DNA from: Candidatus Latescibacterota bacterium
GTDB lineage: Bacteria; Latescibacterota; UBA2968; GCA-2709665
Assembly (NCBI GenBank): GCA_965237675.1
Contig: OZ250150.1
Coordinates: forward strand, 864,001-928,000
Length of the DNA stretch: 64,000 nt
Reading direction: 5' to 3'
In this document: piece by piece, positions 29,276-39,431 of the stretch
Layout of the letters: each line of letters begins with the position of its first letter
Numbering within the stretch: the first letter of the stretch is position 1
Translations under genes and position numbers: made by a program
The notes under the pieces: generated by a model
Databases searched by the model: none
What the model was told of the DNA's origin: nothing
The model's input: only the letters and a program-made list of their open reading frames with translations

Positions 29276-30136
29276 CTATCCCACGATCGCATTGATGTTC
29301 TGCACAATAATGTCCGTCGCGCCCAACGTGCGCAGGCGAATCAGAAGCCCCGCCGTCTGTGATTTGGGCACAACGGTTTCGATCGCGCTGGCGCAATCCG
29401 ACAAAGCGCTGAGTGTCGGCGCGCGTCGGGCGGGCAGCGCATTCAGAACGGCGGACTTGTGGCGATTGTCAATGTTCAATTTAACGAGTTGCTGGTTTTC
29501 TGCCTCGAGCGCACCGGCCATCAGATCTCCCAGGGCGACGAATTCGGAAATTCGGCTGCGTGCAATGACGACAATGGGAGATACCATGATTTCGTCTAAG
29601 ATTTGCAGGCCGTTTTCGCGCAGACTGATGCCCGTTATCGTGACACCCACGCCGGTGTCGAAAAGCTTCATCGCCACCTTGATCTCCGTGCTTCCGTGTG
29701 AGAAGTCGATATCCGCATTCGGATAGCGGTCGCGGGTGATGGCCGGATATTCGGAACTGATCGTCACTGTTGCATTTTGCGACAACGGCGGGCTGTCCGG
29801 CCGTCCGAACAGGATGACGCGCGCGGGGTCGCGGGTATCCCGGCTGATGTTCAGTTCCGCCTGGCGTCGAATTCGGGTGTCGAATTCGGCCCCGTGTGCG
29901 AGTTCGGTTTCGACCACGCAGTCCAATCCGCAGATTCCGCAGTCGATTTGTCCTTTCAACAGGGCCAGCGGAATATCCTGCGGGCGCATATAGACGGCCT
30001 GACTGAAAAGGTCGAGACCGTCTATCGCAACCTGACCGTTGCGTCCCCTGGGGCGAATGTCCAGGCCGATGCGGGAGAGCAGGTCGCACAGCGGACCTTG
30101 CATGCTGCCGTTGGGCAGACCGAGCGTGAAGTTCAT
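29276..30136 (-). CDS. hisG: ATP phosphoribosyltransferase (long form)
   Basis: LPNGSMQ, RPQDIP, DCGICGLD, SEYP, HGSTE, TGISLRENGL, and C-terminal regulatory domain (APTLS...GATDI). Confidence 0.92.
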   Translation of the reverse strand: MNFTLGLPNGSMQGPLCDLLSRIGLDIRPRGRNGQVAIDGLDLFSQAVYMRPQDIPLALLKGQIDCGICGLDCVVETELAHGAEFDTRIRRQAELNISRDTRDPARVILFGRPDSPPLSQNATVTISSEYPAITRDRYPNADIDFSHGSTEIKVAMKLFDTGVGVTITGISLRENGLQILDEIMVSPIVVIARSRISEFVALGDLMAGALEAENQQLVKLNIDNRHKSAVLNALPARRAPTLSALSDCASAIETVVPKSQTAGLLIRLRTLGATDIIVQNINAIVG

Positions 30137-30139
30137 GTG

Positions 30140-30568
30140 TCACTCCGGGATGGTTTTGGGATCCACGAAATTGAGTTTTCCATTGTCAATGCTGCGGTAA
30201 AAGCAACCGTAGCGTGTTCGATCGTTCTCCTTTGTGTGGCACGACCCATCGCCCTTCAGGCGCACCATATAGAGCAGTGAGTTCTGCTCGCAATTGATGC
30301 GGACGTCGATCAGTTCGAGCATATCCCCTGACGTTGCCCCCTTGATCCAGAGTTCGTCGCGCGATGTACTCCAGAATGTCGCCACTCGATGTTCAAGCGC
30401 GTGACCCAGCGCCTGTTCATTGGCGTAGCCGATCAGGAGTACCGCTTTGCTATCCACATCCTGGACGGCCACGGGAATGACGGCATGGCCGGTTTCTGCA
30501 ACCCTGGACAGCTTCTCGAAGTCGAGCTGGATGTCAGTGCCTTCTTCAATTGTGTGATTGGACGCCAT
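30140..30568 (-). CDS. hisI: Phosphoribosyl-AMP cyclohydrolase
   Basis: [29 protein letters not shown]...GCFYR. Confidence 0.92.
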   Translation of the reverse strand: MASNHTIEEGTDIQLDFEKLSRVAETGHAVIPVAVQDVDSKAVLLIGYANEQALGHALEHRVATFWSTSRDELWIKGATSGDMLELIDVRINCEQNSLLYMVRLKGDGSCHTKENDRTRYGCFYRSIDNGKLNFVDPKTIPE

Positions 30569-30666
30569 GGCGATTTCCTTCCTGCTTGGGAATTGTGGAC
30601 ATTCAAGCTTTGTCGATGATCGCTACGTATACGGTTCCCGTTTCGGGAACGAATCTGGAAATCCGC

Positions 30667-30939
30667 CAGCGGCGAGGTGTCGATGCCCAGGACGTCAAAC
30701 CCCTTCTGTTGAAGGTGGATGGCATGTCGGCCGGGCCCGCAGCCGATATCGAGTACGCGTCCTGAAACATAGTTCATCGACTCCTGATGAAGTGGCGGCC
30801 AGTCACTAAAGGGCTTGAAATAATCGCTCGACTTACCGGTCGATATGAGCCCATCTTCGCGTTCCACGATTTCCCGGGCGTCCACGCCTTGATGAACGTC
30901 CTACATCATACGTCCGTAAGCGTCGTCATTGTGTGCCAT
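30667..30939 (-). pseudogene. Class I SAM methyltransferase pseudogene
   Basis: MAHNDDAYGRMM*DVHQG...[13 protein letters not shown]...GIDTSPLA: in-frame TAG at 30901-30903 and loss of similarity after motif II. Confidence 0.75.
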
Positions 30940-31018
30940 TTCTCAGTCACCTGTCGAAAATAAGCCAAACCAGTGAGATTGCCGTCATCGGCGAATCCGC
31001 TCATCGCCGCCACCCATC

Positions 31019-31052
31019 AAAAAAGCCCGCTGTCTCTCGACAGCGGGCTTTT
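31019..31052 (-). terminator. Attenuator-type terminator upstream of the his genes
   Basis: AAAAGCCCGCTGTC-GAGA-GACAGCGGGC followed by T6 on the minus strand. Confidence 0.85.
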
Positions 31053-31076
31053 GTTTCCTACGCTTGAAATTAAGGA

Positions 31077-31220
31077 CTAGGCCACCGCCGAGCAAATTAC
31101 GCGAAGGGTCGCGGAACCGCTATGATGGGTATGGCGATGGGCGGTGTGGGAGTACCGGATCCCCGTTGGAATGTCGTTGGGTCTTCGGGGAATGGCCGCA
31201 ATGTTATTCAGTGGTTTCAT
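31077..31220 (-). CDS. Putative his leader peptide (47 aa)
   Basis: MKPLNN...IRYSHTAHRHTHHSGS...: 5 His in 9 codons, stop 24 nt before the terminator, upstream of hisI-hisG. Confidence 0.7.
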   Translation of the reverse strand: MKPLNNIAAIPRRPNDIPTGIRYSHTAHRHTHHSGSATLRVICSAVA

Positions 31221-31229
31221 AGCGCCACT

Positions 31230-31258
31230 AAAATAGACAAGCCGCGTTTGCCCGTCAA
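31230..31258 (-). promoter_or_regulatory. Sigma70-like promoter of the his leader
   Basis: TTGACG-17bp-TATTTT; predicted start site a few nt before ATG 31220. Confidence 0.55.
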
Positions 31259-31401
31259 GGATTTTCTTCCAATACGCACCGTCGGGGCCACGTCCTTTTG
31301 CGTTGTATACGGGGGTTTGATTGCCTATTTTACGGCGATTTCGATTGTCGATGTCAACGCCGATTTTTAGCGGCGAGGACAAGATGCCCTCGATCCGGGA
31401 A

Positions 31402-31442
31402 CCTCTCCCCCCGGCCCCCTCTCCTAAAGGAAAGGGGGAGGA
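31402..31442. repeat. REP-like hairpin, family B (CCCCCTCTCC...GGAxAGGGG)
   Basis: Similar units at 33567-33604, 33774-33814, 46294-46321 and 49019-49041. Confidence 0.6.
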
Positions 31443-31560
31443 AAACCAGGGTTGACCTATCGCGATAATTTGCCACGTTTATACATCGACCTCCCGCCTG
31501 GAACGCAGTTCCGCAAAGCAAAAAGCCCGTGTACCATACGTTGAATGAGAGGATCTGGAA

Positions 31561-33321
31561 ATGTCGAAGGTGAATCCCAATGCGCTGACCGTTTCGATTG
31601 AGACCCCCATGCCGCCGCCGGAATGGGCGGTACTTGAAAGAGCATTAATTCGGGCGCAGACGCGTGCATGCGAAGCGTTCTTCAACCGGTACTTTGACTC
31701 ACGGGGTTATCTCCAGTGCGTACCCCGGTGGGGTGGCAACGACGGACCGGACGACGCGATCGAAAATCTGACAGGCTGGCCGATTCTCCACGCGGTCGGT
31801 GCGCCGGATTGCATTCTGAAGATGTACAAGCTGGGGTGGGAGGGACACCTGTTGCAGTATACGGAGGCGAAAACCGTGGAGGTGCCGCTGGCCCGGGATG
31901 GGATGATCTATAAAGAGTTTCCGGTGAGCCTGGACTGGTTCCACCACGGTGAGAGCCTGGCCGTCTTCAATTTACAGGGATTGTCGGATCCATACGATAT
32001 CAGCTTTCAGCACCGTGCGCGCAGGTACGCGGGACTCTATATGGATGAGGACCCGCAGGCCAGGAATTACGATCCGGAGCATAAGATCATCCGCAGTCTG
32101 TTTACCGGAAGCCGTGGGCCCTTGCTCCGGAAGGCGACGGCGCTGGATTGGGCGGGAGACCCAATTGAGGTGGAGGGACGATTCGGCCCGGCGCATGGCG
32201 AGCGCAATTTCGAGGAGATGCTGGCGCATTTCGAGGATTACACGGACGTGGTTGGGGACCATCCCATCAACCTGGCGGCCACTACGCTGGGTCTGAACGC
32301 GTTTATGGTGGCTGGAGAGAAGAAATACAGGGAGTGGGTGGTGGACTACGTGGGTGCCTGGGCGGAAAGGGCAGAGGCCAACAACGGGATTCTTCCCAGC
32401 AATATCGGTTTGGACGGCACGATCGGGGGCGAGTGCGATGGAAAGTGGTATGGCGGGTGTTACGGCTGGGGGTTCACGGTGGTCGTGCCCCAAACGGGCG
32501 AACTGGCGGACAGGAACGCGACCTACCGGGGTGTCGCGGGCTTCGGCAACGCGCTGTTGCTGACGGGCGAACGGAAATACGTGGACGTATGGCGCCGGAT
32601 GCTCGCCGCGGTGAATGCCAATTCCCGGACGGTGGATGGCAGAACGGTGTACCCGCACATGTATGGCGACGACGGCTGGTACGCCTATCAGGAATCCCCA
32701 TACAATCAGGGTGCGCTTGACGTCTACTACTGGTCGATGAATCGGGAGGATCTGAAATACGTGCCCGGGAACGCTTGGCTGAAGTTTCTGGACGGAGAAA
32801 ACGAGGGATTTCCGGAGACCGCCTTGCGCCGGGAATTTGCCTCAATCCGTGAAAAGGCAAACGGTATGCGCCAGGATACCAGCACGCCCGATACCCGGAT
32901 GTCGGACGATACGCTGCGGTACAACCCGGCCATCAATAGCTGTCTGACCCAGTTGATGATGGGCGGATTGACCCCCCGATACGGCGAGGCGCTGCATTGC
33001 CGTTTGCGATATTTCGACCCCGTACGCCAGCGGGCGGGGATACCCGAGGACGTGGCGGCGCTCGTGGAGGGGATGACGGACGAAACGGTCACGGTGTCTC
33101 TGGTGAACGTGAATCCGGTGGATCATCGGACTGTCATCGTCCAGGCGGGGGCCTACGGCGAGCACCAGGTGACGGCGGTTCAGACCGACGACAGTACCCA
33201 TTCCGTGGATTGTCCTTTCTTCACGGTACGTCTGGCGCCCGGAAGCGGCAGCCGTCTCGTTGTCACGGCAAAGCGATACGTGAATCAACCGACATTCGTA
33301 TTTCCCTGGGATAGGGAATGA
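31561..33321 (+). CDS. Conserved hypothetical protein (586 aa), possibly carbohydrate-active
   Basis: Long ORF with host-like codon usage; aromatic/acidic motifs (RWGGNDGPDDAIEN, DWFHHGE). Function not assignable. Confidence 0.75.
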   Translation: MSKVNPNALTVSIETPMPPPEWAVLERALIRAQTRACEAFFNRYFDSRGYLQCVPRWGGNDGPDDAIENLTGWPILHAVGAPDCILKMYKLGWEGHLLQYTEAKTVEVPLARDGMIYKEFPVSLDWFHHGESLAVFNLQGLSDPYDISFQHRARRYAGLYMDEDPQARNYDPEHKIIRSLFTGSRGPLLRKATALDWAGDPIEVEGRFGPAHGERNFEEMLAHFEDYTDVVGDHPINLAATTLGLNAFMVAGEKKYREWVVDYVGAWAERAEANNGILPSNIGLDGTIGGECDGKWYGGCYGWGFTVVVPQTGELADRNATYRGVAGFGNALLLTGERKYVDVWRRMLAAVNANSRTVDGRTVYPHMYGDDGWYAYQESPYNQGALDVYYWSMNREDLKYVPGNAWLKFLDGENEGFPETALRREFASIREKANGMRQDTSTPDTRMSDDTLRYNPAINSCLTQLMMGGLTPRYGEALHCRLRYFDPVRQRAGIPEDVAALVEGMTDETVTVSLVNVNPVDHRTVIVQAGAYGEHQVTAVQTDDSTHSVDCPFFTVRLAPGSGSRLVVTAKRYVNQPTFVFPWDRE

Positions 33322-33886
33322 TAAGCTGTCAGTGGTCAGTTATCAGAGGTCAGCTCCCCACCCAAACAGCCCCAAAGGCGGAAGTCGCAGGGAGCCGGCC
33401 AATCGCTCGGAATCGGCCGGAAACGCAAGACGGACTCTAATCTGAATTATTCATGAATTGTCACGGATCGCAGTTTCACGAAGCAGAAACAGCTTCTGAG
33501 TGAATAGAGAAAGTGAATCCCCATGTGTAATACATTCTGGATTTGGATCGTTTGAAACAAACGAGACCTACCCCCTATCCCCCTTCCTGCGAGGAAGGGG
33601 GAACTGTGATCGGCTGATGAACGGTTGGATTGGATGAAGACGTTTCGATTGATGAAAAAATCCGGTCGAAATATCGTGATTGGTCGGCGAGTTGCGCTTG
33701 GGAAAGTGACGAGATGGCGTTTTTCAATCAGTCAGATATTGCATAAAATATCGTTTACACGATACGTAGTCCGACTCCCCCTCTCCTCGCAGGAGAGGGG
33801 GACGGGGGGAGAGGTTCTTTTTTGTTAATCATGCAGGCTATGACGAAGCGCGTCAACGTGGCGTTCAAACTTACGGAGGATGTGAA

Positions 33887-34729
33887 ATGAGTCTGGATAT
33901 CGAAAGGTGGCTCCGCCGACCCAAGATCGACGTGCATTGCCACGTCTGGAATCTGGGGAACGAGGCGGAAGAGGCGACCTCCGCCGAGCGGTTGATCTCG
34001 GCGGGCGAGATGCTGGGCATTACCGAATACTGGTGTTCTTCGCCCATTACGGGTGGACGGCTCGCGAGTATTGAAGAAGTGCGCGCGGAGAACGACGCGG
34101 TGTTGCGGGCCATGAAACGCTTTCCCGAACAAATCCGGGGCATGTGTTTTGTGATTCCGGGGCACTACCGGCAGGCGGTGGACGAGGTGGACCGGTGCCT
34201 CGACGCGGGGATGATCGGCGTCAAACTCTACAACCAGTACCGGATCAACGATCCGGCGGTGTTTCCGGTTATCGAACGTGTGATCGAGCGCGGGGTGCCT
34301 CTCCTGGAGCACGCGGGTTTCGTGTGTGGCAGAGAATTCCTGGATCAACAGCCGCTGATTTCCGATGGACGTCATTTCGCGGAGATGAACCGGTTGTATC
34401 CGGAGGCGATGGTCATCCACGCCCACATCGGCGGCGGCGGCGACTGGGAAAACACGATTCGCGCAATGCGGAACACGTCGCCCAACCTGGTCTGCGACGT
34501 CAGCGGCAGCAATCTGGATGACGGACAGGTCGAACTCGCCGTGGCCGAAATGGGGCCCCACCGGGTGTTGTTCGGCACGGACGGCACCATGACCGGCAGC
34601 GTTGGGAAGGTCATCGACGCAACACTGACGGACGAGGAAAAGGACCTGATTTTCTGGGGCAACGCGGAGCGGATTCTGGCCGCCCAGGGCGCGGCGCCGA
34701 TCTTGACGGAGAAGGAGGCCGTGGCATGA
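33887..34729 (+). CDS. Amidohydrolase_2-family metal-dependent hydrolase
   Basis: IDVHCH, LEHAG, HAHIGG, VLFGTD, GNAERIL. Confidence 0.9.
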   Translation: MSLDIERWLRRPKIDVHCHVWNLGNEAEEATSAERLISAGEMLGITEYWCSSPITGGRLASIEEVRAENDAVLRAMKRFPEQIRGMCFVIPGHYRQAVDEVDRCLDAGMIGVKLYNQYRINDPAVFPVIERVIERGVPLLEHAGFVCGREFLDQQPLISDGRHFAEMNRLYPEAMVIHAHIGGGGDWENTIRAMRNTSPNLVCDVSGSNLDDGQVELAVAEMGPHRVLFGTDGTMTGSVGKVIDATLTDEEKDLIFWGNAERILAAQGAAPILTEKEAVA

Positions 34730-35523
34730 GGTACGTCGATATCAATGCGTGGTTGGGTTCCTGGCCCTTTCGGGGATTGCGGGACAATACGCCTGAAACA
34801 CTCATCCGACGGCTGGACCGGGCCGGGATCGCCACGGCCGCCGTATCCCGGATCGACGCGATATTGCACCGGAGCGTACAACCGGGTAACGAACGGTTGG
34901 CGGAGGATCTGGAGGGGTTTACTGATCGATTGATTCCGATGGCGACAATCAATGCGGCCGATCCGAATTGGGAAGGCGATCTGCGCCGCTGCCACGAAAA
35001 TCTGAACATGAAAGGCGCACGGCTGTTTCCGCAGTATCACGAATTCGCCGTGGACGGACCCGAAGCCCGCAGGGTCGTGGCGGCGTGCACCGAGCGGGGG
35101 CTTCCGGTGTTCATTCCGCATCGGATCGAAGACGTCCGGCAGAGGCACTGGATGGACCCCGGGCGGATGGTGGATCTCAATGGCGTGGCGAATCTTATTG
35201 CCACGGCCTCCGGGGCGACAATCGTGATTCCGAATGCGCGAGGGCTTGCGAACACCCCCGTCTGGCAACGCACGGAGATTCGGGACCGCGACTGGTATTT
35301 CGACCTGTCCCTGGCGGAAGTACACTACACATTGAGTCGAAACGTGAATCAGATGGGCGATCTGTCGGATTTCATCGAACAGGGCGGCGCGGATCACCTC
35401 GTATTCGGCACACACGCTCCGTTCTCCTATCCTTCGGCGGCCAGGGTCAAGTGTGCGGTGTTGCCGGTGGATAACGAAACCCTTGAAGAAATCTGTTACA
35501 GGCGGGCGGAACGGATGTTGTAA
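34726..35523 (+). CDS. Amidohydrolase-family paralog with degenerate metal ligands
   Basis: VDINAW replaces HxH; LVFGTHAP; ATGA overlap with the preceding gene. Confidence 0.8.
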   Translation: MRYVDINAWLGSWPFRGLRDNTPETLIRRLDRAGIATAAVSRIDAILHRSVQPGNERLAEDLEGFTDRLIPMATINAADPNWEGDLRRCHENLNMKGARLFPQYHEFAVDGPEARRVVAACTERGLPVFIPHRIEDVRQRHWMDPGRMVDLNGVANLIATASGATIVIPNARGLANTPVWQRTEIRDRDWYFDLSLAEVHYTLSRNVNQMGDLSDFIEQGGADHLVFGTHAPFSYPSAARVKCAVLPVDNETLEEICYRRAERML

Positions 35524-35556
35524 GCCACGTTATATTAATGTAGAGGGCGATGACGC

Positions 35557-37971
35557 ATGGTCACCGTAGACATGATAACCAGACTGGAGGGCGCGTGCAT
35601 ACCCGCCGCCGAGACGCCGACGAGCCGGCGTTATCTGAGGATGGCACAGAAGTGGTTTCCGACCGCGCTGAGCTATTTTGAGGACTGGGGTGAGCGCCCC
35701 CGTTGCGGGCATTTTTTCGGCGGGGTCCATTGGTACGGCATAGAGACGGCGGTTCCATTGCACGCCCTCGCCGCGGTGAGCACCTCGCCGGAGTACGATG
35801 AAAACACGACGGGATTGTCGATTGACGACCTCCGGGAGGTTGTCATCAAGGCGATCAGGTACCTGTGTTTCACGCACGATACGGGCCCCGGGGAATGCCT
35901 GCGTCCGTCCACGGGGCTGGGAATGCCCAGGTCCTGGGGTACCAAGTGGGGGGAAAGAGGCCGGGGATTTTTTCCGGAAAGCCAGTGCGGCGGGACCATC
36001 GCGAATATGACCGCCGCGGCCCTGATGTTGCGGCCGTACGTGGACCACGAAACACGGATGATGCTGGCGGAAATCTGTATCGACTATCTCGAACGGTTTG
36101 GAGAAATGGCGCCGAAGAGCGGCGTCTACGCCGATACGCAAATGGAGGAGAACGCGTGGACGGCGCACGGCCTGGCGGCGTGCTATCTGTTTCTGTCCGG
36201 ACACGAGCGTGCGGAAGCATGGGAAACATGCGCCCGGCGGTGGATGTTTTCGGCCTGCGCAACGCCGCAGGACCGGTTCAACGAAGGCGTGCTGGAAACC
36301 GGGTTGACGGCCGCAGCGCTGACCGGGAAGACATTCACCACATTGCCGGACTACATGGCCGAGAACCACGGTATGGTCCACCCCGGTTACACCGCCTCCG
36401 GTGTCCAGTCCGTGGCCGGCCTGGGGTTGCTCTATCGGATGTACGGGCGGACCGAACCGCCGGAGGCCTACTGGAACCGCCAGCGGGTCTACGATGCGAT
36501 CAAGCTGCTGACGGATGAAACGGGTTCGGCGATGCCGACACAGGGGATGGACCGCCTTTACCTGGGGGAACAACACGCGTTGCACGCATCGGCCTATCTG
36601 TTTCTGAAGGATCCGGATGCCGGGTACTTCGAGGAGGTATCACTGGCGCTCAGAGAGAAAAAACAGGAAGGAAACGGAGGGCGGTTGATCGATCCCGAGG
36701 TTGCGGCCACGTGCCACGAGGTGGAAGATCCCATGGAGATCAAGGAGTCGGAGATGATCGAAGGGATCGTGAAACCCTACCTCCTGCACCGGTTGATGGA
36801 TGGAGAGGCGCCGGCGCCCACGCCCGAGGCGGAGATTGCAACAAAGTTCAACGGTGTCCGGCTCTTCCCCCATTCCGGATTCGTACATCACCGGCACAAA
36901 CGAGGCCAGACGTCCTTTTCCTGGCGAAATTATGTGATGGCGCTGCCGTTCACCCGCGACGGCGTACACACAGTCGGGCCCAGCCGGTGGAGTCTGCTGG
37001 CCAACGTAACGGTAAAGGACCGGCCGGGAAGCCACAATCTACGTGTCATGTGGATCAATCGTAAGGACGACGGGTTCGCGGCGTTGATGGTGAACGACCG
37101 GGCACAGGATACGATTCGCCAGCGCGTGCTGTGCTGCTCGCTTCCGGATGGACGCATGGTATGCAGTGAGCGACTCGAGGCGCTTCGGGATTGCACGGTG
37201 GAGAAATTAGATCAGGGATTCATCAGGGTCATCAACGAAAACTTCCCGCTTGTTGGCGGGGTCTGCGATGGAGAGCGTATTCTCTATCATCAGCACGGAT
37301 CGGAGACGTTTCCCGGGTTTCCGAGCAATGACCCCGAAGATGATGTCGTGTTTGATATGCGCGACCCGGGCTGGTTGAACTTGGACGATCAGATGGGGAT
37401 TGTGTTCGAAGGGACGAGCAGGACCCGCTATCTGAACCGTCACTATTTCCCGCCCTTCGCCTTCCGGGCGGTCGCCGACGATCTGTTTTTGAGCCGGAAC
37501 GACACGGCGAAGGAATACCGAGCGGGCGAGCAGGTGGGCACGCTCGCCATGCTGATTTGTCCCGAGCAGTCGCATGAGGAAACGCCGGCCCAGTTCCTGA
37601 GAGTAGCTGAATCGTCGGAAAATGCGGTCGGCCTGATTGTGGACGGCTATTTGTGCGCCGGTAATTTCGGATCGAAGCGGAAGGTGTGCACGTTTGAGAC
37701 AGGCATTGAGAAACCGGTTCCGGTGTTTGGAAGCACAACCCGTGTTTCGGGACAGCGCGTTGAGTATGCGATGCCCATCGAAGGTGGAGAGGCGGTCTAC
37801 GAGAGGGAAGTCATGAAGGTCCGGACGGATGGGGATATTCGGATCGAAGCGGTACCCGGCGGTGACGCGTATATCACAAATGAAGCGGGACGCAATGTGG
37901 AGGTGTGTGTTCTGAGAGACGGACAAGAACGGAATTTTCGAATGGAAGCGGAACAGGTGGTGCGCATTTGA
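35557..37971 (+). CDS. Hypothetical protein, 804 aa (paralog of 43662-46076)
   Basis: Shared motifs GHFFGG.HWYG, RYLCFTHD, TKWGERG, DTQMEENAW, AENHGMVHP. Confidence 0.8.
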   Translation: MVTVDMITRLEGACIPAAETPTSRRYLRMAQKWFPTALSYFEDWGERPRCGHFFGGVHWYGIETAVPLHALAAVSTSPEYDENTTGLSIDDLREVVIKAIRYLCFTHDTGPGECLRPSTGLGMPRSWGTKWGERGRGFFPESQCGGTIANMTAAALMLRPYVDHETRMMLAEICIDYLERFGEMAPKSGVYADTQMEENAWTAHGLAACYLFLSGHERAEAWETCARRWMFSACATPQDRFNEGVLETGLTAAALTGKTFTTLPDYMAENHGMVHPGYTASGVQSVAGLGLLYRMYGRTEPPEAYWNRQRVYDAIKLLTDETGSAMPTQGMDRLYLGEQHALHASAYLFLKDPDAGYFEEVSLALREKKQEGNGGRLIDPEVAATCHEVEDPMEIKESEMIEGIVKPYLLHRLMDGEAPAPTPEAEIATKFNGVRLFPHSGFVHHRHKRGQTSFSWRNYVMALPFTRDGVHTVGPSRWSLLANVTVKDRPGSHNLRVMWINRKDDGFAALMVNDRAQDTIRQRVLCCSLPDGRMVCSERLEALRDCTVEKLDQGFIRVINENFPLVGGVCDGERILYHQHGSETFPGFPSNDPEDDVVFDMRDPGWLNLDDQMGIVFEGTSRTRYLNRHYFPPFAFRAVADDLFLSRNDTAKEYRAGEQVGTLAMLICPEQSHEETPAQFLRVAESSENAVGLIVDGYLCAGNFGSKRKVCTFETGIEKPVPVFGSTTRVSGQRVEYAMPIEGGEAVYEREVMKVRTDGDIRIEAVPGGDAYITNEAGRNVEVCVLRDGQERNFRMEAEQVVRI

Positions 37972-38042
37972 CGTCGGGGATGGAATACCTGGAAGTTGGC
38001 CGATGGTCCATAGCCAGGTGTAAATGAATAGGAAATAGCGAA

Positions 38043-39431
38043 ATGCGGCTGGCGATCTGCGGAATCAGGCATGAAACGAACACATTCTCGGCGTTACGCG
38101 CCGGGATCGAGGATTTTCATGTCTTGCGGGGGGACGAGATTCTTGCGGATGGGCCCTGGCAGGCGTTCGACGACGTCGAATGGGCGCCGACGCTGGTCGC
38201 CAGAGCGCAGCCGCATGGGCTCGTTCTCCGGGACGCGTACGAGTCGATGGTGGCCGAGTTGGTGGATCGTTTGCGTAGGGCATCGCCGGTGGACGGCGTG
38301 TACCTGGATTTGCACGGCGCGATGGAGGTGGAAGGCCTGGGCGACGGCGAACGCGACCTGGTTTGCCGCGTGCGCGAGACGGTCGGTGGCGACATTCCGA
38401 TCGTCGCCAGTCTGGACCTGCACGCCAATCTCGCGCCAGAGGTCGTGGAGAAGACCGATGTGCTGACGGCGCTGAGGACCGCGCCCCACGTGGACCGGAC
38501 CGAGACGCAAAGGCGGGCAATTGGACATCTCATCCGCTGTGTGAGAGAGAATCTCCGCCCCGTTAATGCCATTGTCAGGCTGCCCATGCTGCTTCCGGGT
38601 GAACACGCGGCAACGGGAGTGGAACCCGCGCGGTCCCTGTACACAGGACTTCAGGAGGTGGAATCACGTCCCGACGTTATCGACGCGTCGATTATGATCG
38701 GGTGCGCGTGGACGGATTCGCCTTTTACGTCCGTGGCCACAATTGTGGTTTCGGAGAATCGGTCGGTTGCCGGGGAACACGCGGAACGCCTGGCGCTGGA
38801 AATCTGGCGAAAGCGTGAGCGATTCGCGCCGGATGTGCGGACGATGCCGGTCGAGGAAGCCGTGAGGAGTGCCGTCCGCGAGACCCGGCACCCTGTGTTT
38901 GTTTCCGACTCGGGAGACAATGTGACGGCCGGCGCGGCGGGCGATATCACCCTGGTCCTGAAAACGCTGCTCGAGGCCGGCGCCAGAGATGCGGTCGTCG
39001 CGGGGATTGCCGATAACGAGGCCGTGTCGCGGTGTCTTGAAGCCGGTATCGGCGCCGAGTTGACCCTGGCCGTGGGTGGCAAGCTCGACAGGGTCAACGG
39101 ATTTCCTCTGGACGTAACCGGCCGCGTGATCTCGATGAATCCGCCGCGCATCGTCGTATTCCAGGTGAGGGGAGTGAAAGTGGTGTTATCGGCCGACCGT
39201 ATGCCGTTCCTGGATCTCCGGAGCTTTGAAACGGCAAACGTGAATCCGGCGGAACACGAGATCGTGGTTGTGAAACATGGATATCTCGCACCCGAACTGC
39301 GGGAAATAGCCGGGACGGCCTTAATGGCAATCAGCCCGGGGTGTACGACCCTGGCGCTGGAGACGTTGCCCTATGAACGGATTCGACGGCCTGTGTTTCC
39401 ACTGGACGAGGACGTCGCATTCCGCGCGTGA
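38043..39431 (+). CDS. M81 (MlrC-like) metallopeptidase
   Basis: HETNTFS, LDLHGAM, LDLHAN, TAPHVD, DSGDN, VVVK, SPG. Confidence 0.92.
   Translation: MRLAICGIRHETNTFSALRAGIEDFHVLRGDEILADGPWQAFDDVEWAPTLVARAQPHGLVLRDAYESMVAELVDRLRRASPVDGVYLDLHGAMEVEGLGDGERDLVCRVRETVGGDIPIVASLDLHANLAPEVVEKTDVLTALRTAPHVDRTETQRRAIGHLIRCVRENLRPVNAIVRLPMLLPGEHAATGVEPARSLYTGLQEVESRPDVIDASIMIGCAWTDSPFTSVATIVVSENRSVAGEHAERLALEIWRKRERFAPDVRTMPVEEAVRSAVRETRHPVFVSDSGDNVTAGAAGDITLVLKTLLEAGARDAVVAGIADNEAVSRCLEAGIGAELTLAVGGKLDRVNGFPLDVTGRVISMNPPRIVVFQVRGVKVVLSADRMPFLDLRSFETANVNPAEHEIVVVKHGYLAPELREIAGTALMAISPGCTTLALETLPYERIRRPVFPLDEDVAFRA

Noticed and set aside
30140-30568. HisI inactivation because DCDxD reads NCEQN
   Set aside because: All three Zn-binding Cys and the other motifs are intact; most likely a natural sequence variant.
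30901-30903. Pyrrolysine or readthrough at the in-frame TAG of the MTase
   Set aside because: The gene is also truncated after motif II, so pseudogenisation is the simpler explanation.
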